The notes beneath the pieces are model-generated. The model made no database searches and was not told where the DNA came from. It saw only the letters and a list, made by a program, of their open reading frames with translations. A stretch of DNA of 64,000 bases. Source: Candidatus Latescibacterota bacterium. Its GTDB lineage: Bacteria > Latescibacterota > UBA2968. Position 1 is the first letter of the stretch. Each line of letters opens with the position of its first letter. The position numbers and the translations under genes were made by a program. Shown here piece after piece: positions 47,421-57,160 of this stretch. Location: contig OZ242311.1 in assembly GCA_965207885.1 (NCBI GenBank), forward strand, positions 4,768,001-4,832,000. The letters run 5' to 3'.

Positions 47421-48305
47421 TCAAGCCACTTGATCTGCGGCGTGGTAGGAACTGCGCACCAGTGGGCCGGATTCGACATGCCGAAAACCCAGTGTGAGCG
47501 CGAATTGTTTGAGCTCCAAAAATTCATCGGGATGGTAAAAGCGCGCCACAGGAACGTGTTGAGCAGACGGTTGCAGATATTGGCCTATTGTGAGAATATC
47601 TGTTTTGCAATCTGCGATATCTCGTGTCGTCTGGCGCACTTCGGCCGGGGTTTCGCCCGCGCCGACCATAATACCCGATTTTGTAGGCATATTGCGCCCC
47701 ATTGCTTTGGCCCGTTTCAAAAGTGCCAGCGACCTGTCGTACTTTGCCTGGGGACGCATGGTTTTATACAGGCGCGGTACGGTTTCGACATTGTGGTTTA
47801 AGATATCGGGTGCTGCTTCTATGACCATGTGCAATGCCCGCCAATTGCCCTGAAAATCCGGGATTAAGACTTCGACCTTTGTGTGTCTGCACAACCGCCG
47901 AATCGCATATATCGTTTCGGCAAAAATGCGCGCCCCCCCGTCTGGGAGTTCATCGCGGTTGACCGATGTGACCACTGCATGCCGCAATCCCATAGTCTGC
48001 ACGGCTTCGGCGACCCGTTCGGGTTCTTCGGTATCAAGGCCCTCTGGACGACCGGTTTTTACCGCGCAAAATCCACAACTCCGCGTACACACATCTCCCA
48101 GAATCATAAATGTCGCCGTGCCCGAGTTCCAGCATTCGCCGATATTGGGACAGCGCGCACTTTCGCACACTGTGTGGAGATTTAACCCGCGCATCAAGTT
48201 TTTCAACGCGCGGTATCCCTCACTGCCCGGGGCTGGTACGCGAAACCATTCGGGCAGTCGCCTTCGGCGCACGGGAGGTGTTTCAATGTCCATCAAGCCA
48301 TTCAT
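47421..48305 (-). CDS. lipA: Lipoyl synthase
   Basis: CESARCPNIGEC, CTRSCGFC, RSSY. Confidence 0.96.
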   Translation of the reverse strand: MNGLMDIETPPVRRRRLPEWFRVPAPGSEGYRALKNLMRGLNLHTVCESARCPNIGECWNSGTATFMILGDVCTRSCGFCAVKTGRPEGLDTEEPERVAEAVQTMGLRHAVVTSVNRDELPDGGARIFAETIYAIRRLCRHTKVEVLIPDFQGNWRALHMVIEAAPDILNHNVETVPRLYKTMRPQAKYDRSLALLKRAKAMGRNMPTKSGIMVGAGETPAEVRQTTRDIADCKTDILTIGQYLQPSAQHVPVARFYHPDEFLELKQFALTLGFRHVESGPLVRSSYHAADQVA

Positions 48306-49681
48306 TGCACCCTCCGCCCGGTCAGTGTGCGCAAAGTTGTCTGGGTAATCTCGACATTGGTCAGCGCGTTGTCTGCGACGCCCTCACGGGGAAATACAAC
48401 TGTCTTAAAACCATCGGATTTTCCCACGGCGAAACCCTCGCCTTTGCGGGCATTTCCCTGTACTAAAACCTCGAGCTTGCGACCAATATAAGTCGCATTG
48501 ATTTCTTCAGAAATGCGATTTTGTTGTGCTATAATGGTTTCGAGTCTTTTTACCTTTTCCTCTTCTGGTACCGTATCGGGCATCTCGCGGAAAGCGACTG
48601 TGCCTTTTCGAGCAGAATACTTAAACATAAACGCGGAATCATAACGCACCTGCGCCATTAATTCCAGCGTAGCTTCAAAGTCGGTTTGGGTTTCACCGGA
48701 AAAACCGGCGATAATATCTGTACTCAAACACAGATCTGGCATTGCGCTGCGCAAATCATCTACCAGGGCGAGATAGTCTTCGACCGTATAGCTGCGTTTC
48801 ATCGCTTTTAGAACGCGGTTTGACCCCGATTGCACAGGCAAATGAATAAAGCGACAAATTTTCTTTTCACGCGCCATTATTTCAATGAATTTTTCAGAGA
48901 AATCACTCGGATGGGGCGAGGTAAAGCGAATGCGGTCAATGCCGTCTATGCGCGCAATCATCGAAAGCAGATCGACAAAATCACAGGTGCCATCGCGATA
49001 AGAATTGACGGTTTGTCCCAATAAGGTGACTTCTCGAAAACCCGCATCGGCGGCGGCACGAGCCTGTCTGACAATTTCGCGCGCTGGCACACTGCGCTCT
49101 CTGCCACGCACGTAGGGCACGATGCAGAATGTGCAAAACTTATCGCATCCGCGCATAATGGTAATCCAGGCATTGCTGCCCTCTTCGCGCAAGGGATCGA
49201 TGTCCATATAATATTCGCCGCGATCCAAACGCACATCCAGAGCGGAATCGCCACGCGCTTCGGCGATGAGTTCGGGTAGTCGCCGATATGAATCTGGCCC
49301 CACGACGAGATCGACGTAGGGGGCGTCGTTCATCAGGGACTCTGAAACGTGCTTGGCCATGCACCCCGATACCCCCATAATCAGGTCTGGACGCCGATAC
49401 TTCAGCTTGCGCAATTGCCCCAATCTGCCCCTTATTCGCTCTTCGGCGTGTTCGCGTATCGCGCAGGTGTTCAGCACAATGACATCGGCATCTTCCGGGC
49501 GATGGGCAGAGGTATAGCCCGATTGCTTCAAAATGCCCTGCATCAGTTCTGTATCCGATACATTCATCTGGCAACCGTACGTCTCGATAAAAACCTTTTG
49601 CCCAGACATGGGCGCAACAGGTATATCGGGCTCGGTTTGTACGGCGCGACCGTCTAATTCGATATCGAGCAATGCGCTCAC
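48302..49681 (-). CDS. miaB: tRNA-2-methylthio-N6-dimethylallyladenosine synthase
   Basis: TYGCQMN, NTCAIRE, CDKFCTFC.VP..RGRERS, TRAM tail. Confidence 0.94.
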   Translation of the reverse strand: MSALLDIELDGRAVQTEPDIPVAPMSGQKVFIETYGCQMNVSDTELMQGILKQSGYTSAHRPEDADVIVLNTCAIREHAEERIRGRLGQLRKLKYRRPDLIMGVSGCMAKHVSESLMNDAPYVDLVVGPDSYRRLPELIAEARGDSALDVRLDRGEYYMDIDPLREEGSNAWITIMRGCDKFCTFCIVPYVRGRERSVPAREIVRQARAAADAGFREVTLLGQTVNSYRDGTCDFVDLLSMIARIDGIDRIRFTSPHPSDFSEKFIEIMAREKKICRFIHLPVQSGSNRVLKAMKRSYTVEDYLALVDDLRSAMPDLCLSTDIIAGFSGETQTDFEATLELMAQVRYDSAFMFKYSARKGTVAFREMPDTVPEEEKVKRLETIIAQQNRISEEINATYIGRKLEVLVQGNARKGEGFAVGKSDGFKTVVFPREGVADNALTNVEITQTTLRTLTGRRVQ

Positions 49682-50805
49682 GTTCGTTTCCTTTTTATTT
49701 TGTTTCTTGCCAAACGCATCTCTTCAATTACTTCTGCATCGCGTTCACGCAATAGTGCTTTATCAAGTGCCCGTCTCGCCCGCGCACCCCCAATTTTGCC
49801 CAGTGCCCAGGCCGCGTGTTGTCGCACGAGTGGCTCATCATCTTTCAGGGCATTTGCCAGGGCGGGAACTTCAGATTTGCTTCCCACATTGCCCAGTGCT
49901 ATGGCAACATTTCGCAATAATCCACGCCGTTTGGCGCGTTTGATCGGGCTGTTTTTGAATCGCTTTGAAAAAGCCTCTTGATCCATGTGGAGCAAGTCGG
50001 TTAGCGCGGGCGCATTCAAACCCTCGCGCGCTTGAAAAGCATTTTCAGAGGTTGGTTTTGCGTGTTTGAGATTCCAGGGGCATACTTCCTGGCAGATATC
50101 ACATCCAAAGACCCAGTTGTCTATATCCGATCTCAAATCCCGCGGAATAGCGCCTTTCAATTCAATGGTCAAATAGGAAATACACCGCCGCGAATCCACG
50201 ACATAAGGTTCTGGAATGGCATCTGTTGGACACGCGTCCAGGCACTGCGTACAGGTGCCGCAGTGATCGAGTTGCGGGCGATCAACTTTGAGATCGAGAT
50301 TTAGAATAATCTCGCCCAAAAAAAACCAGGAACCGCGACCCTTGTCAATCAAGCAGGTGTGTTTCCCAAACCAGCCCAGCCCGGCTCGAGCGGCGAAATC
50401 GCGCTCCAAAACAGGTCCGGTATCGACATAGACCCGCCCCTCAGCAGAGGGTTCGATTTGCTGAATTTCAGATAGGAGTTGTAGCAAGCGGTCTTTCATG
50501 ACGGTGTGATAATCATCGCCACGCGCATAGCGCGCAATCTGCCCTTTGGGCTCACCGCCATTATCAGACCCATCGGAACGGGGCTGATAATTGAGACCCA
50601 CGCACAGTACTGATTTGGCGTCTGGAAATATCTGGCGAATATTTGAACGCCGATCCAGATTGCGAGCCAAATACCCCATTTCCCCCGCGTAGCCCATTCC
50701 CAACCACTTTTGATAAAATGCCCAGTGTTGCGGGGGATCTACGGATGCAATCCCCACGGGATCAAATCCCAAACGCCGCGCCGCGTTCTTAATCCGGTGG
50801 GTCAT
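49678..50805 (-). CDS. queG: Epoxyqueuosine reductase with HEAT tail
   Basis: YA.G.DYH, VDTGPVLER, CGTCTQCLDACPT, CISYLTIE, GCDICQEVCPWN. Confidence 0.93.
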   Translation of the reverse strand: MTHRIKNAARRLGFDPVGIASVDPPQHWAFYQKWLGMGYAGEMGYLARNLDRRSNIRQIFPDAKSVLCVGLNYQPRSDGSDNGGEPKGQIARYARGDDYHTVMKDRLLQLLSEIQQIEPSAEGRVYVDTGPVLERDFAARAGLGWFGKHTCLIDKGRGSWFFLGEIILNLDLKVDRPQLDHCGTCTQCLDACPTDAIPEPYVVDSRRCISYLTIELKGAIPRDLRSDIDNWVFGCDICQEVCPWNLKHAKPTSENAFQAREGLNAPALTDLLHMDQEAFSKRFKNSPIKRAKRRGLLRNVAIALGNVGSKSEVPALANALKDDEPLVRQHAAWALGKIGGARARRALDKALLRERDAEVIEEMRLARNKIKRKRT

Positions 50806-50825
50806 GCAGGCACTCCAAAAATAGA

Positions 50826-50852
50826 GGGCAGGACACAACAATGCCCTGCCCC
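50826..50852 (-). repeat. REP-like hairpin
   Basis: gggcagg/cctgccc stem, same arms as the 23550 REP, intergenic. Confidence 0.5.
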
Positions 50853-50859
50853 GTGATTC

Positions 50860-51234
50860 TCAGGTCTGACGAGCCAGTTTGCCAAGTGCGTTGTGAACCG
50901 CATCTACCGCCAGATCAGCGGCGTGTTTTCGCGTGGGGGGCAAGCCGCCAAGCGCGGTCTCGATATCACCGCGAGCGATTTTGCACGCTTGAATGGGCGT
51001 TTTGCCAACCACCCATTCCGTGAGCACAGATCCCGAAGCAATGGTCGCAGCACATCCCTGTGCGCGGAAGAGCGCGCGATCAATAACGCCGTCTTTGATG
51101 GCAAGATGCAGGGATAGGGTCGTCCCCGAAGCGGGATTTTCTGCAAATCCAGTCGCATCGGGGGTGTCCAATGCGCCGACATTTTTGGGATGTTCAAAAT
51201 GATCCCGTAAGATCGTGGAGTAACCGTCAGACAT
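50860..51234 (-). CDS. IscU/NifU-N-like protein with degenerate Cys ligands
   Basis: YS....DHF.HPKNVG, F...GC..TIAS.S, L.GLPP.RKH; start 51234 or 51246. Confidence 0.82.
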   Translation of the reverse strand: MSDGYSTILRDHFEHPKNVGALDTPDATGFAENPASGTTLSLHLAIKDGVIDRALFRAQGCAATIASGSVLTEWVVGKTPIQACKIARGDIETALGGLPPTRKHAADLAVDAVHNALGKLARQT

Positions 51235-51238
51235 GGAA

Positions 51239-52927
51239 TTACGCACCGGCCCGTGCAGAAGTTCCCGAGCGATAATTGCTATTGCGACCGCGTCGTCCGT
51301 AGCGTCGTCCCCGGCTGCGCGAGATGCGTTTGCCAGAGCGACCAGCCCAATCTGTGGCGATTATTTGTCTAATCACCGTGATCTGAATCTCGCCTGGATA
51401 GGTCATTTCCTCGCGAATGCGCTCAGCAATTGCAAAGGATAGATCTTTGGCCTGTTCGTCGTTCACACGCCCGGCATTGACCAGCACGCGCACTTCGCGA
51501 CCAGCATTGATGGCATATGCATCGCGCACGCCATCGAAAGATTGCGCCACCTCCTCTAAATCGCGCACCCGTTTGATATACCCTTCGGCATCGTCGCGAC
51601 GAGCACCGGGCCGCGATGAAGAAATTGCATCGGCTGCTTTGACCAAAAACGAAAGCGGGGTAGAAGCCTCTGCCTCGCCGTGGTGATAAAAAATACCGTT
51701 GATAACCTCCTGGCCCTCGCCGTATTTGCCGGCCAGGTGCGCGCCGATGTCGGTGTGTTTGCCCTCGAGTTCCTGGTCCACGGCTTTGCCAATATCGTGC
51801 AATAGCCCACATCGCCGCGCGAGTTTTTCATCCATGCCCAATTCTGCTGCCATTGCACCGGCCAGAAAAGCCACTTCTTTGGAATGCCCCAGAACGCTTT
51901 GCCCATAACTCGTGCGATATTTGAGCTTTCCGATCAGTTTGACCAGTTCTGGATGCACTGATTCAATGCCCAATTCGCGCACTGCCCGACGGCCTTCTTC
52001 AGCAATGAGCGAATAGATCTTTTTTTCGCAATTGGCAACAACCGCTTCAACGCGGCTTGGATTGATGCGACCATCGCGCACCAATTGCTCCATAGACAAA
52101 CGCGCCACATCGCGCTTAACCGGATCAAAGCTGGATAAGACAACCGCCTCGGGTGTATCGTTTACAATGACTTTAACACCTGTGGCGGCTTCAAAAGCAA
52201 TGATATTGCGCCCCTCTTTGCCGACGATGCGCCCCTTGATATGATCATCGGGCAATGTGACAACCGATATGGATGACTGTACGGTTTGATCTGTGGAACA
52301 GCGTTCTATTGCCTGTGCCAGAATTTTCTTGGCTTCGCGGTCGGCTCGTTCTCTGGCGTGATCGATAATTTCTCGGCCGATATTTGCGGCTGTCTGACGC
52401 AGTGAATTTCGGATGTTTTCGAGTAGCATCTCGCGGGCGCGGTCGGCATTCATGCCCGAAATACGCTCCAATTGCGCCCGTTGCTGATCGAGAATATCGG
52501 TCAGTTCCAGTTCTCGTTTCTCCAAACGTACGGCTTTTTGATTTCCTTCTTGTTCCCGCCGGGTTAAGGTCTTTTCTCGCTGACTTGCAACTTCGGCCTG
52601 TTTTGCCAGGCGAGTCTCTTGTTCGTGAAATTCGTCATTTCGACGGTCTAAAGAACGCTGTTTTTGATCAAAAGACTTTTCAATTTCAGCCTTTTCTTCA
52701 TACCAGCTGTTTTTAATTTCTAAAAAAGCAGCCTTGCGATCTCGGTCTTCCTTTTTTGCGAGTTGGGTTGCGTGTTTCTCTGCCTGCTGTTCAATATCTC
52801 GCATCTTTCGATCTCTAATACGGGTGCCAACAAACCACCCGATTCCAAACGTAATAAGGGCAATGGCGACTGCCAGATAGATGATACTGTTAGCTGCCAT
52901 TGAAGCTCCCTGAAGTAGCATGTCCAT
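51239..52927 (-). CDS. rny: Ribonuclease Y
   Basis: N-terminal TM, coiled coil, KH (KGRIVGKEGRNI), HD (LLHDIGK), SRPGARR, YPGEI. Confidence 0.95.
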   Translation of the reverse strand: MDMLLQGASMAANSIIYLAVAIALITFGIGWFVGTRIRDRKMRDIEQQAEKHATQLAKKEDRDRKAAFLEIKNSWYEEKAEIEKSFDQKQRSLDRRNDEFHEQETRLAKQAEVASQREKTLTRREQEGNQKAVRLEKRELELTDILDQQRAQLERISGMNADRAREMLLENIRNSLRQTAANIGREIIDHARERADREAKKILAQAIERCSTDQTVQSSISVVTLPDDHIKGRIVGKEGRNIIAFEAATGVKVIVNDTPEAVVLSSFDPVKRDVARLSMEQLVRDGRINPSRVEAVVANCEKKIYSLIAEEGRRAVRELGIESVHPELVKLIGKLKYRTSYGQSVLGHSKEVAFLAGAMAAELGMDEKLARRCGLLHDIGKAVDQELEGKHTDIGAHLAGKYGEGQEVINGIFYHHGEAEASTPLSFLVKAADAISSSRPGARRDDAEGYIKRVRDLEEVAQSFDGVRDAYAINAGREVRVLVNAGRVNDEQAKDLSFAIAERIREEMTYPGEIQITVIRQIIATDWAGRSGKRISRSRGRRYGRRGRNSNYRSGTSARAGA

Positions 52928-53139
52928 TGGAGCCTCCTGTCAAAATTCAAATCCGGTTTTATATCCATAGCGCAGGTGCGTTTGAAGATGTCTCTCTGCA
53001 CAAACTGCGCCGATGCGTTATACGCATCGCAAATAAGAAAAAGCAGATAAAAAATAGGGGTCATGCGTTTTTGTTCCTCAGAAGCTGGCTTAAAGCGATA
53101 AAGGGGTTATGTCGTGAACCCAAATATTTTAAGAGACCC

Positions 53140-53172
53140 AAAAGGGAGGAATCGCGAGACGACCCCTCCCTT
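53140..53172 (-). terminator. Possible terminator after the HesB/IscA gene
   Basis: aagggagg/cctccctt stem; short U-tract on minus. Confidence 0.45.
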
Positions 53173-53202
53173 CTGCACATGGGCTTTTCTACAAAGCGAC
53201 GT

Positions 53203-53529
53203 TCAAACGTTAAACGATTCCCCACATCCACACTGATTTTTGGCATTGGGATTGTTGAACCGAAACCCCGTTCCCATCAAGCCATCGTCGTAATCCAGTT
53301 CCGTGCCTGTCAAAAAGAGCGCGCTTTTCATATCGACAAAAACCCGAACGCCATAGGCTTCGATCACGCTGTCATCTGTGCGGGCTGTCTCGTCGAAATC
53401 GAGCTGATATTGAAGGCCAGAACATCCGCCACCGATCACTTTCAGGCGCAAACCGTGATCTTCGGGACGTCCGTCTCGGTCCATGAGCTCTTTGATTTTG
53501 CCCGCTGCGGTTTCTGTGACGCAGACCAT
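53203..53529 (-). CDS. A-type Fe-S carrier (HesB/IscA/ErpA)
   Basis: GGGCSG, NPNA...CGCGESF. Confidence 0.93.
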   Translation of the reverse strand: MVCVTETAAGKIKELMDRDGRPEDHGLRLKVIGGGCSGLQYQLDFDETARTDDSVIEAYGVRVFVDMKSALFLTGTELDYDDGLMGTGFRFNNPNAKNQCGCGESFNV

Positions 53530-53541
53530 ATAATGCCTCCA

Positions 53542-54021
53542 TTAACTCAACGCTTGCAGACACGCTTTGATCGCATCAAAATCGGGCAACTCGGTTGGAT
53601 CGTCGGACACAGAAGCAAAGCGCACCACACCGCTTTTATCTACGACAAAAGCAGAACGCTTTGCCACGCCCTTAAATCCAATCAGGTCTTCGAATTGCGA
53701 TCCATAAGCCGCGCTGACTTCTTTGTTGAAATCGCTGAGCAGGGGAATGGTAATACCTTCTTTCTCTGCCCATGCTTCCTGGGCAAAGGGACTATCTACA
53801 CTGATGCCCAAAACCTGTGCATCGAGTGCGTCGTAATCGGCCAAACCACTGCTGACCGAACACATTTCATCGGTGCAGACGCCGGTATAAGCGAGTGGAA
53901 AAAACAAGATTACGACGTTTTTGTTATCTCTGTAATCGCTCAGAGAAATATCGTTCATATCATCACCAGATTTTGATTTCAACGTAAAATCTGGTGCCTG
54001 GTCACCTACAGTAATACCCAT
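53542..54021 (-). CDS. Peroxiredoxin (AhpC/TSA, AhpE/BCP-like)
   Basis: FFPLAYTGVCTDEMC, GISVDS, LLSDF, RSAFVVD. Confidence 0.9.
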   Translation of the reverse strand: MGITVGDQAPDFTLKSKSGDDMNDISLSDYRDNKNVVILFFPLAYTGVCTDEMCSVSSGLADYDALDAQVLGISVDSPFAQEAWAEKEGITIPLLSDFNKEVSAAYGSQFEDLIGFKGVAKRSAFVVDKSGVVRFASVSDDPTELPDFDAIKACLQALS

Positions 54022-54042
54022 TTCTCATATCCTTTGGAAAAC

Positions 54043-54651
54043 TTATAGCGCAGCTTCGTAACGGCGGTTGACTTCGTCCCAGTTAATTGTATTGGTCCAG
54101 GCTTCAATATAATCGGGACGCAAATTCTGATACTTGAGATAATAAGCGTGCTCCCACACATCGAGGCCGAGAATGGGCGTTCCGTCACCTGTCATGATCG
54201 GATTATCTTGATTGGCAGTGCTCAAAATATCGAGTTTGCCGTCTTTGACCACAAGCCAGGCCCACCCACTTCCAAAGCGCGTTGTCGCAGCGGTGACAAA
54301 TTGTTCCTTTGCAGCTTCCATGCTGCCCAAATCGGCGACAATAGCGCTGGCGACTGCACCTCCTGGTTCGCCGCCATTGGGACTCATAATTGTCCAGAAC
54401 AAACTGTGGTTGGCATGGCCGCCGCCGTTGTTTTGAACAGCCGTGCGGATATCTTCTGGCACGCTGTCCAGATTGGTGATCAAACTCTCAATAGACTGAT
54501 TTGCCAGATCATCGTGTCCCTCAAGCGCGGCATTGAGGTTGGTCACGTAGGCATTGTGGTGTTTGGAATGGTGAATTTCCATCGTCCGCGCGTCAATGTG
54601 TGGCTCGAGTGCATCATAAGCATAGGGCAAGTCGGGCAATTCGTATGCCAT
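54043..54651 (-). CDS. sodA: Superoxide dismutase, probably Mn-type
   Basis: [29 protein letters not shown]. Confidence 0.9.
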   Translation of the reverse strand: MAYELPDLPYAYDALEPHIDARTMEIHHSKHHNAYVTNLNAALEGHDDLANQSIESLITNLDSVPEDIRTAVQNNGGGHANHSLFWTIMSPNGGEPGGAVASAIVADLGSMEAAKEQFVTAATTRFGSGWAWLVVKDGKLDILSTANQDNPIMTGDGTPILGLDVWEHAYYLKYQNLRPDYIEAWTNTINWDEVNRRYEAAL

Positions 54652-54701
54652 TTTGAAACTCCTTGTTTAAAGATGAATAGCGTTACTGAGTCGGAAATCA
54701 A

Positions 54702-54730
54702 AATATAATGAACTCCCATAAGGGCGTCAA
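54702..54730 (-). promoter_or_regulatory. Putative sigma70 promoter of the sodA-prx-iscA operon
   Basis: TTGACG-17-TATATT on minus strand. Confidence 0.55.
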
Positions 54731-54798
54731 GTCCTTATACAAGTTGTTTATTTTATATAACACAAATACTTACAATAAGTTGATATATATCTGGAAAA

Positions 54799-55653
54799 TC
54801 ATTTGACGCGAATAAGCGCGTTGTCTATCAGGCGTGCATTGCCGAAGCGCACAGCTACGGCGAGCAAAATGGAATCTTTTAGCTCTGCAATGGGCGTGAG
54901 GTCTTTTGCATCGACGGCTTCGATATAGTCGATTTTTGCACTGCGCTGTGGTTCAATGACATCGCGCATGGCTTCGATGACCTTTTGGGCGCGCCTTTCG
55001 CCCCGATCGATCATTTTTTGCCCCACCATCAATGCGCGGTAAAGCGCGGGGGCTTCCCGCCGTTCTTCAGCACTCAAATAAGCATTTCTCGAACTCATCG
55101 CCAATCCGTCTGCTTCGCGCACTGTGGGGACCATCTGTATCTCCACATCCAGGTTGAGATCGCGCACCATGCGTTGAATAACGATTGTTTGCTGCGCGTC
55201 TTTTTGTCCAAAGACAGCTATATGGGGTTTTACAGCTGTAAATAGTTTGGTGACGATTGTTGTCACACCTTCAAAATGCCCTGGACGACTTGCGCCACAC
55301 AGCCTGTCGGTCAGCTTTGCCACGCGCACCGATGTCGCAAAATCTCCGGGATATATTTCTTTTTCATCGGGCAGGTATGCGAGATGCACGCCGTGTTGGT
55401 CGAGCAATTTCAGATCCCGATCCAGGTTTCTTGGATAGGCTGCGAGATCTTCGGCGGGACCAAATTGCAGTGGATTGACAAAAATGCTCACGACAACCCG
55501 GTCTGTCACTTTTAATGCCTGGCGCACAAGGCTGAGATGGCCTTCGTGTAGATATCCCATTGTGGGTACAAGCCCGATGCGCAGGCCCGCCTGTCGGATA
55601 CGGTCCGCTGCGCGGTGCATTTCGCGGACGGTTTTTATAATTTTTACGGCCAT
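54799..55653 (-). CDS. panC: Pantoate-beta-alanine ligase
   Basis: VPTMGYLHEGH, FGQKD, MSSRN, RLIDN. Confidence 0.96.
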   Translation of the reverse strand: MAVKIIKTVREMHRAADRIRQAGLRIGLVPTMGYLHEGHLSLVRQALKVTDRVVVSIFVNPLQFGPAEDLAAYPRNLDRDLKLLDQHGVHLAYLPDEKEIYPGDFATSVRVAKLTDRLCGASRPGHFEGVTTIVTKLFTAVKPHIAVFGQKDAQQTIVIQRMVRDLNLDVEIQMVPTVREADGLAMSSRNAYLSAEERREAPALYRALMVGQKMIDRGERRAQKVIEAMRDVIEPQRSAKIDYIEAVDAKDLTPIAELKDSILLAVAVRFGNARLIDNALIRVK

Positions 55654-56486
55654 TATGTGTCTATTTGCGCTCTAAATCGGCGCAGTTCCGCGCTTTTTAT
55701 CTTAAAACGGTGTCTGTCTTCTGGAAATCGACGCGACTTGATATCTGCGACATAGTCTGCAAATGCCTGATGCATCACACTTTTGAGGTCTGTGTATGTT
55801 TTGACAAACCGATAATGGCTTTTGTAAACACCCAGCATGTCGTGTGCAACCAGCACCTGTCCATCGCATACGCGCCCGGCGCCTATTCCAATGGTTGGCA
55901 TGGACAACCGTTTGGTCACGACTTCGGCAATGCGCTCGGGCACACATTCTAAAACTACGGCCAGCGCGCCGGCAGACGCCAGTGCATCGGCATCTTTCAG
56001 GACATCGAGTGCTTCTTCGGCGCGATCGCCAAACACAGGACGTTTACCCGTGCGCGTTTGAGGCGTATAGCCAACGTGCCCAACCACGGGGATGCCCTCG
56101 GCGGCGAGCGCCTCGACCTGGGGCGTTATATTGCGCCCCCCCTCGAGTTTAACCACTTCGGTGCCAGCGGAAACCAATTGTCGCGCATTTTCTATTGTTT
56201 GCTCCGGCGTTTCGTAAGCTCGATAGGGCAAATCCGCCATCAACAGAGCACTCACGACTCCGCGCCGCACTGCGCGCGTGTGGTGGAGCATATCATCCAT
56301 TGTCACCTGCTGTGGGCTTTTATATCCCAACACATTGACGCCTACCGAGTCTCCCACAAAAATGACATCGACACCAGCAGCATCCTGAAAAACAGCTGTG
56401 GGATGATCGTAGCAGGTCAACATCGCAATGGGTTCGCCTCGTTGTTTCATCAGCGCGAGGGTTTCTGGTTTTACGCGCGATCCCAT
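55653..56486 (-). CDS. panB: 3-methyl-2-oxobutanoate hydroxymethyltransferase
   Basis: MLT.YD, VGDS, VKLEGG, TIGIGAG, DGQVLV. Confidence 0.94.
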   Translation of the reverse strand: MGSRVKPETLALMKQRGEPIAMLTCYDHPTAVFQDAAGVDVIFVGDSVGVNVLGYKSPQQVTMDDMLHHTRAVRRGVVSALLMADLPYRAYETPEQTIENARQLVSAGTEVVKLEGGRNITPQVEALAAEGIPVVGHVGYTPQTRTGKRPVFGDRAEEALDVLKDADALASAGALAVVLECVPERIAEVVTKRLSMPTIGIGAGRVCDGQVLVAHDMLGVYKSHYRFVKTYTDLKSVMHQAFADYVADIKSRRFPEDRHRFKIKSAELRRFRAQIDT

Positions 56487-56489
56487 AGG

Positions 56490-57143
56490 TCAAGTCCGCC
56501 TCGTTTTGCCAGCTTCCATGTGCGCTGGTCGATAATAACGGGTTCCGGACGGAGGCGATTTAATTTGTGCCAATAAATCCTCTAAGTGTTCCGGGCGGTT
56601 TTCAAAATCGACCTCCGATACATTAACTGCGAGCAGCGGTGTTATCGAATAATGAAAGAAAAAATGGTTATAGGCTTCTAATAACTTCGAGACGTATTCT
56701 TTTGTTATCTCTCTTTCATATCCACGTTCATGGCGTATTATACCCCGCATCAGATGATTGACTGTGGTTTGTAAATAAATCACCAGGTCTGGACGGGGAA
56801 GTTTTTCGCTCAGTGTTTCGGCCAGCCGCTCATAGAGCGCAAATTCCGTATCATTGAGTGTCACGTTGGCGTAGATGCGATCTTTTTCAAAAATAAAATT
56901 GCTGACCACGGCTTCTTCAAATAAATCCATCTGATGTAGTTCTTGTTGCTGTCGATAGCGGCTTAGCATAAAAAAGACCTGGGTTTGAAAGCCATATTGA
57001 TCGGGAGCCTCGTAGAACAAAGGCAAAAAGGGATTTTCTTCGGGTTCTTCGAGCATCAGGCGGGCATTTAGACGACGTCCCAGAAGGCGAGCCAAACGCC
57101 TTTTGCCCACACCTGTTACTCCTTCAATGGCTATATATCGCAA
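56490..57143 (-). CDS. Deoxynucleoside kinase family protein
   Basis: YIAIEG..GVGK, NPFL..FY, F.TQ.FF..SRY.Q, PDLVIYL. Confidence 0.88.
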   Translation of the reverse strand: MRYIAIEGVTGVGKRRLARLLGRRLNARLMLEEPEENPFLPLFYEAPDQYGFQTQVFFMLSRYRQQQELHQMDLFEEAVVSNFIFEKDRIYANVTLNDTEFALYERLAETLSEKLPRPDLVIYLQTTVNHLMRGIIRHERGYEREITKEYVSKLLEAYNHFFFHYSITPLLAVNVSEVDFENRPEHLEDLLAQIKSPPSGTRYYRPAHMEAGKTRRT

Positions 57144-57160
57144 TGCTAAATCCCTTGGCC

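Noticed and set aside
52930-53200. 6S RNA upstream of rny
   Set aside because: No long closing stem with central bubble or recognisable 6S motif seen; not called without a covariance search.
52900-53976. 358-aa plus-strand ORF
   Set aside because: Antisense to the iscA-like and peroxiredoxin genes; no recognisable motifs.
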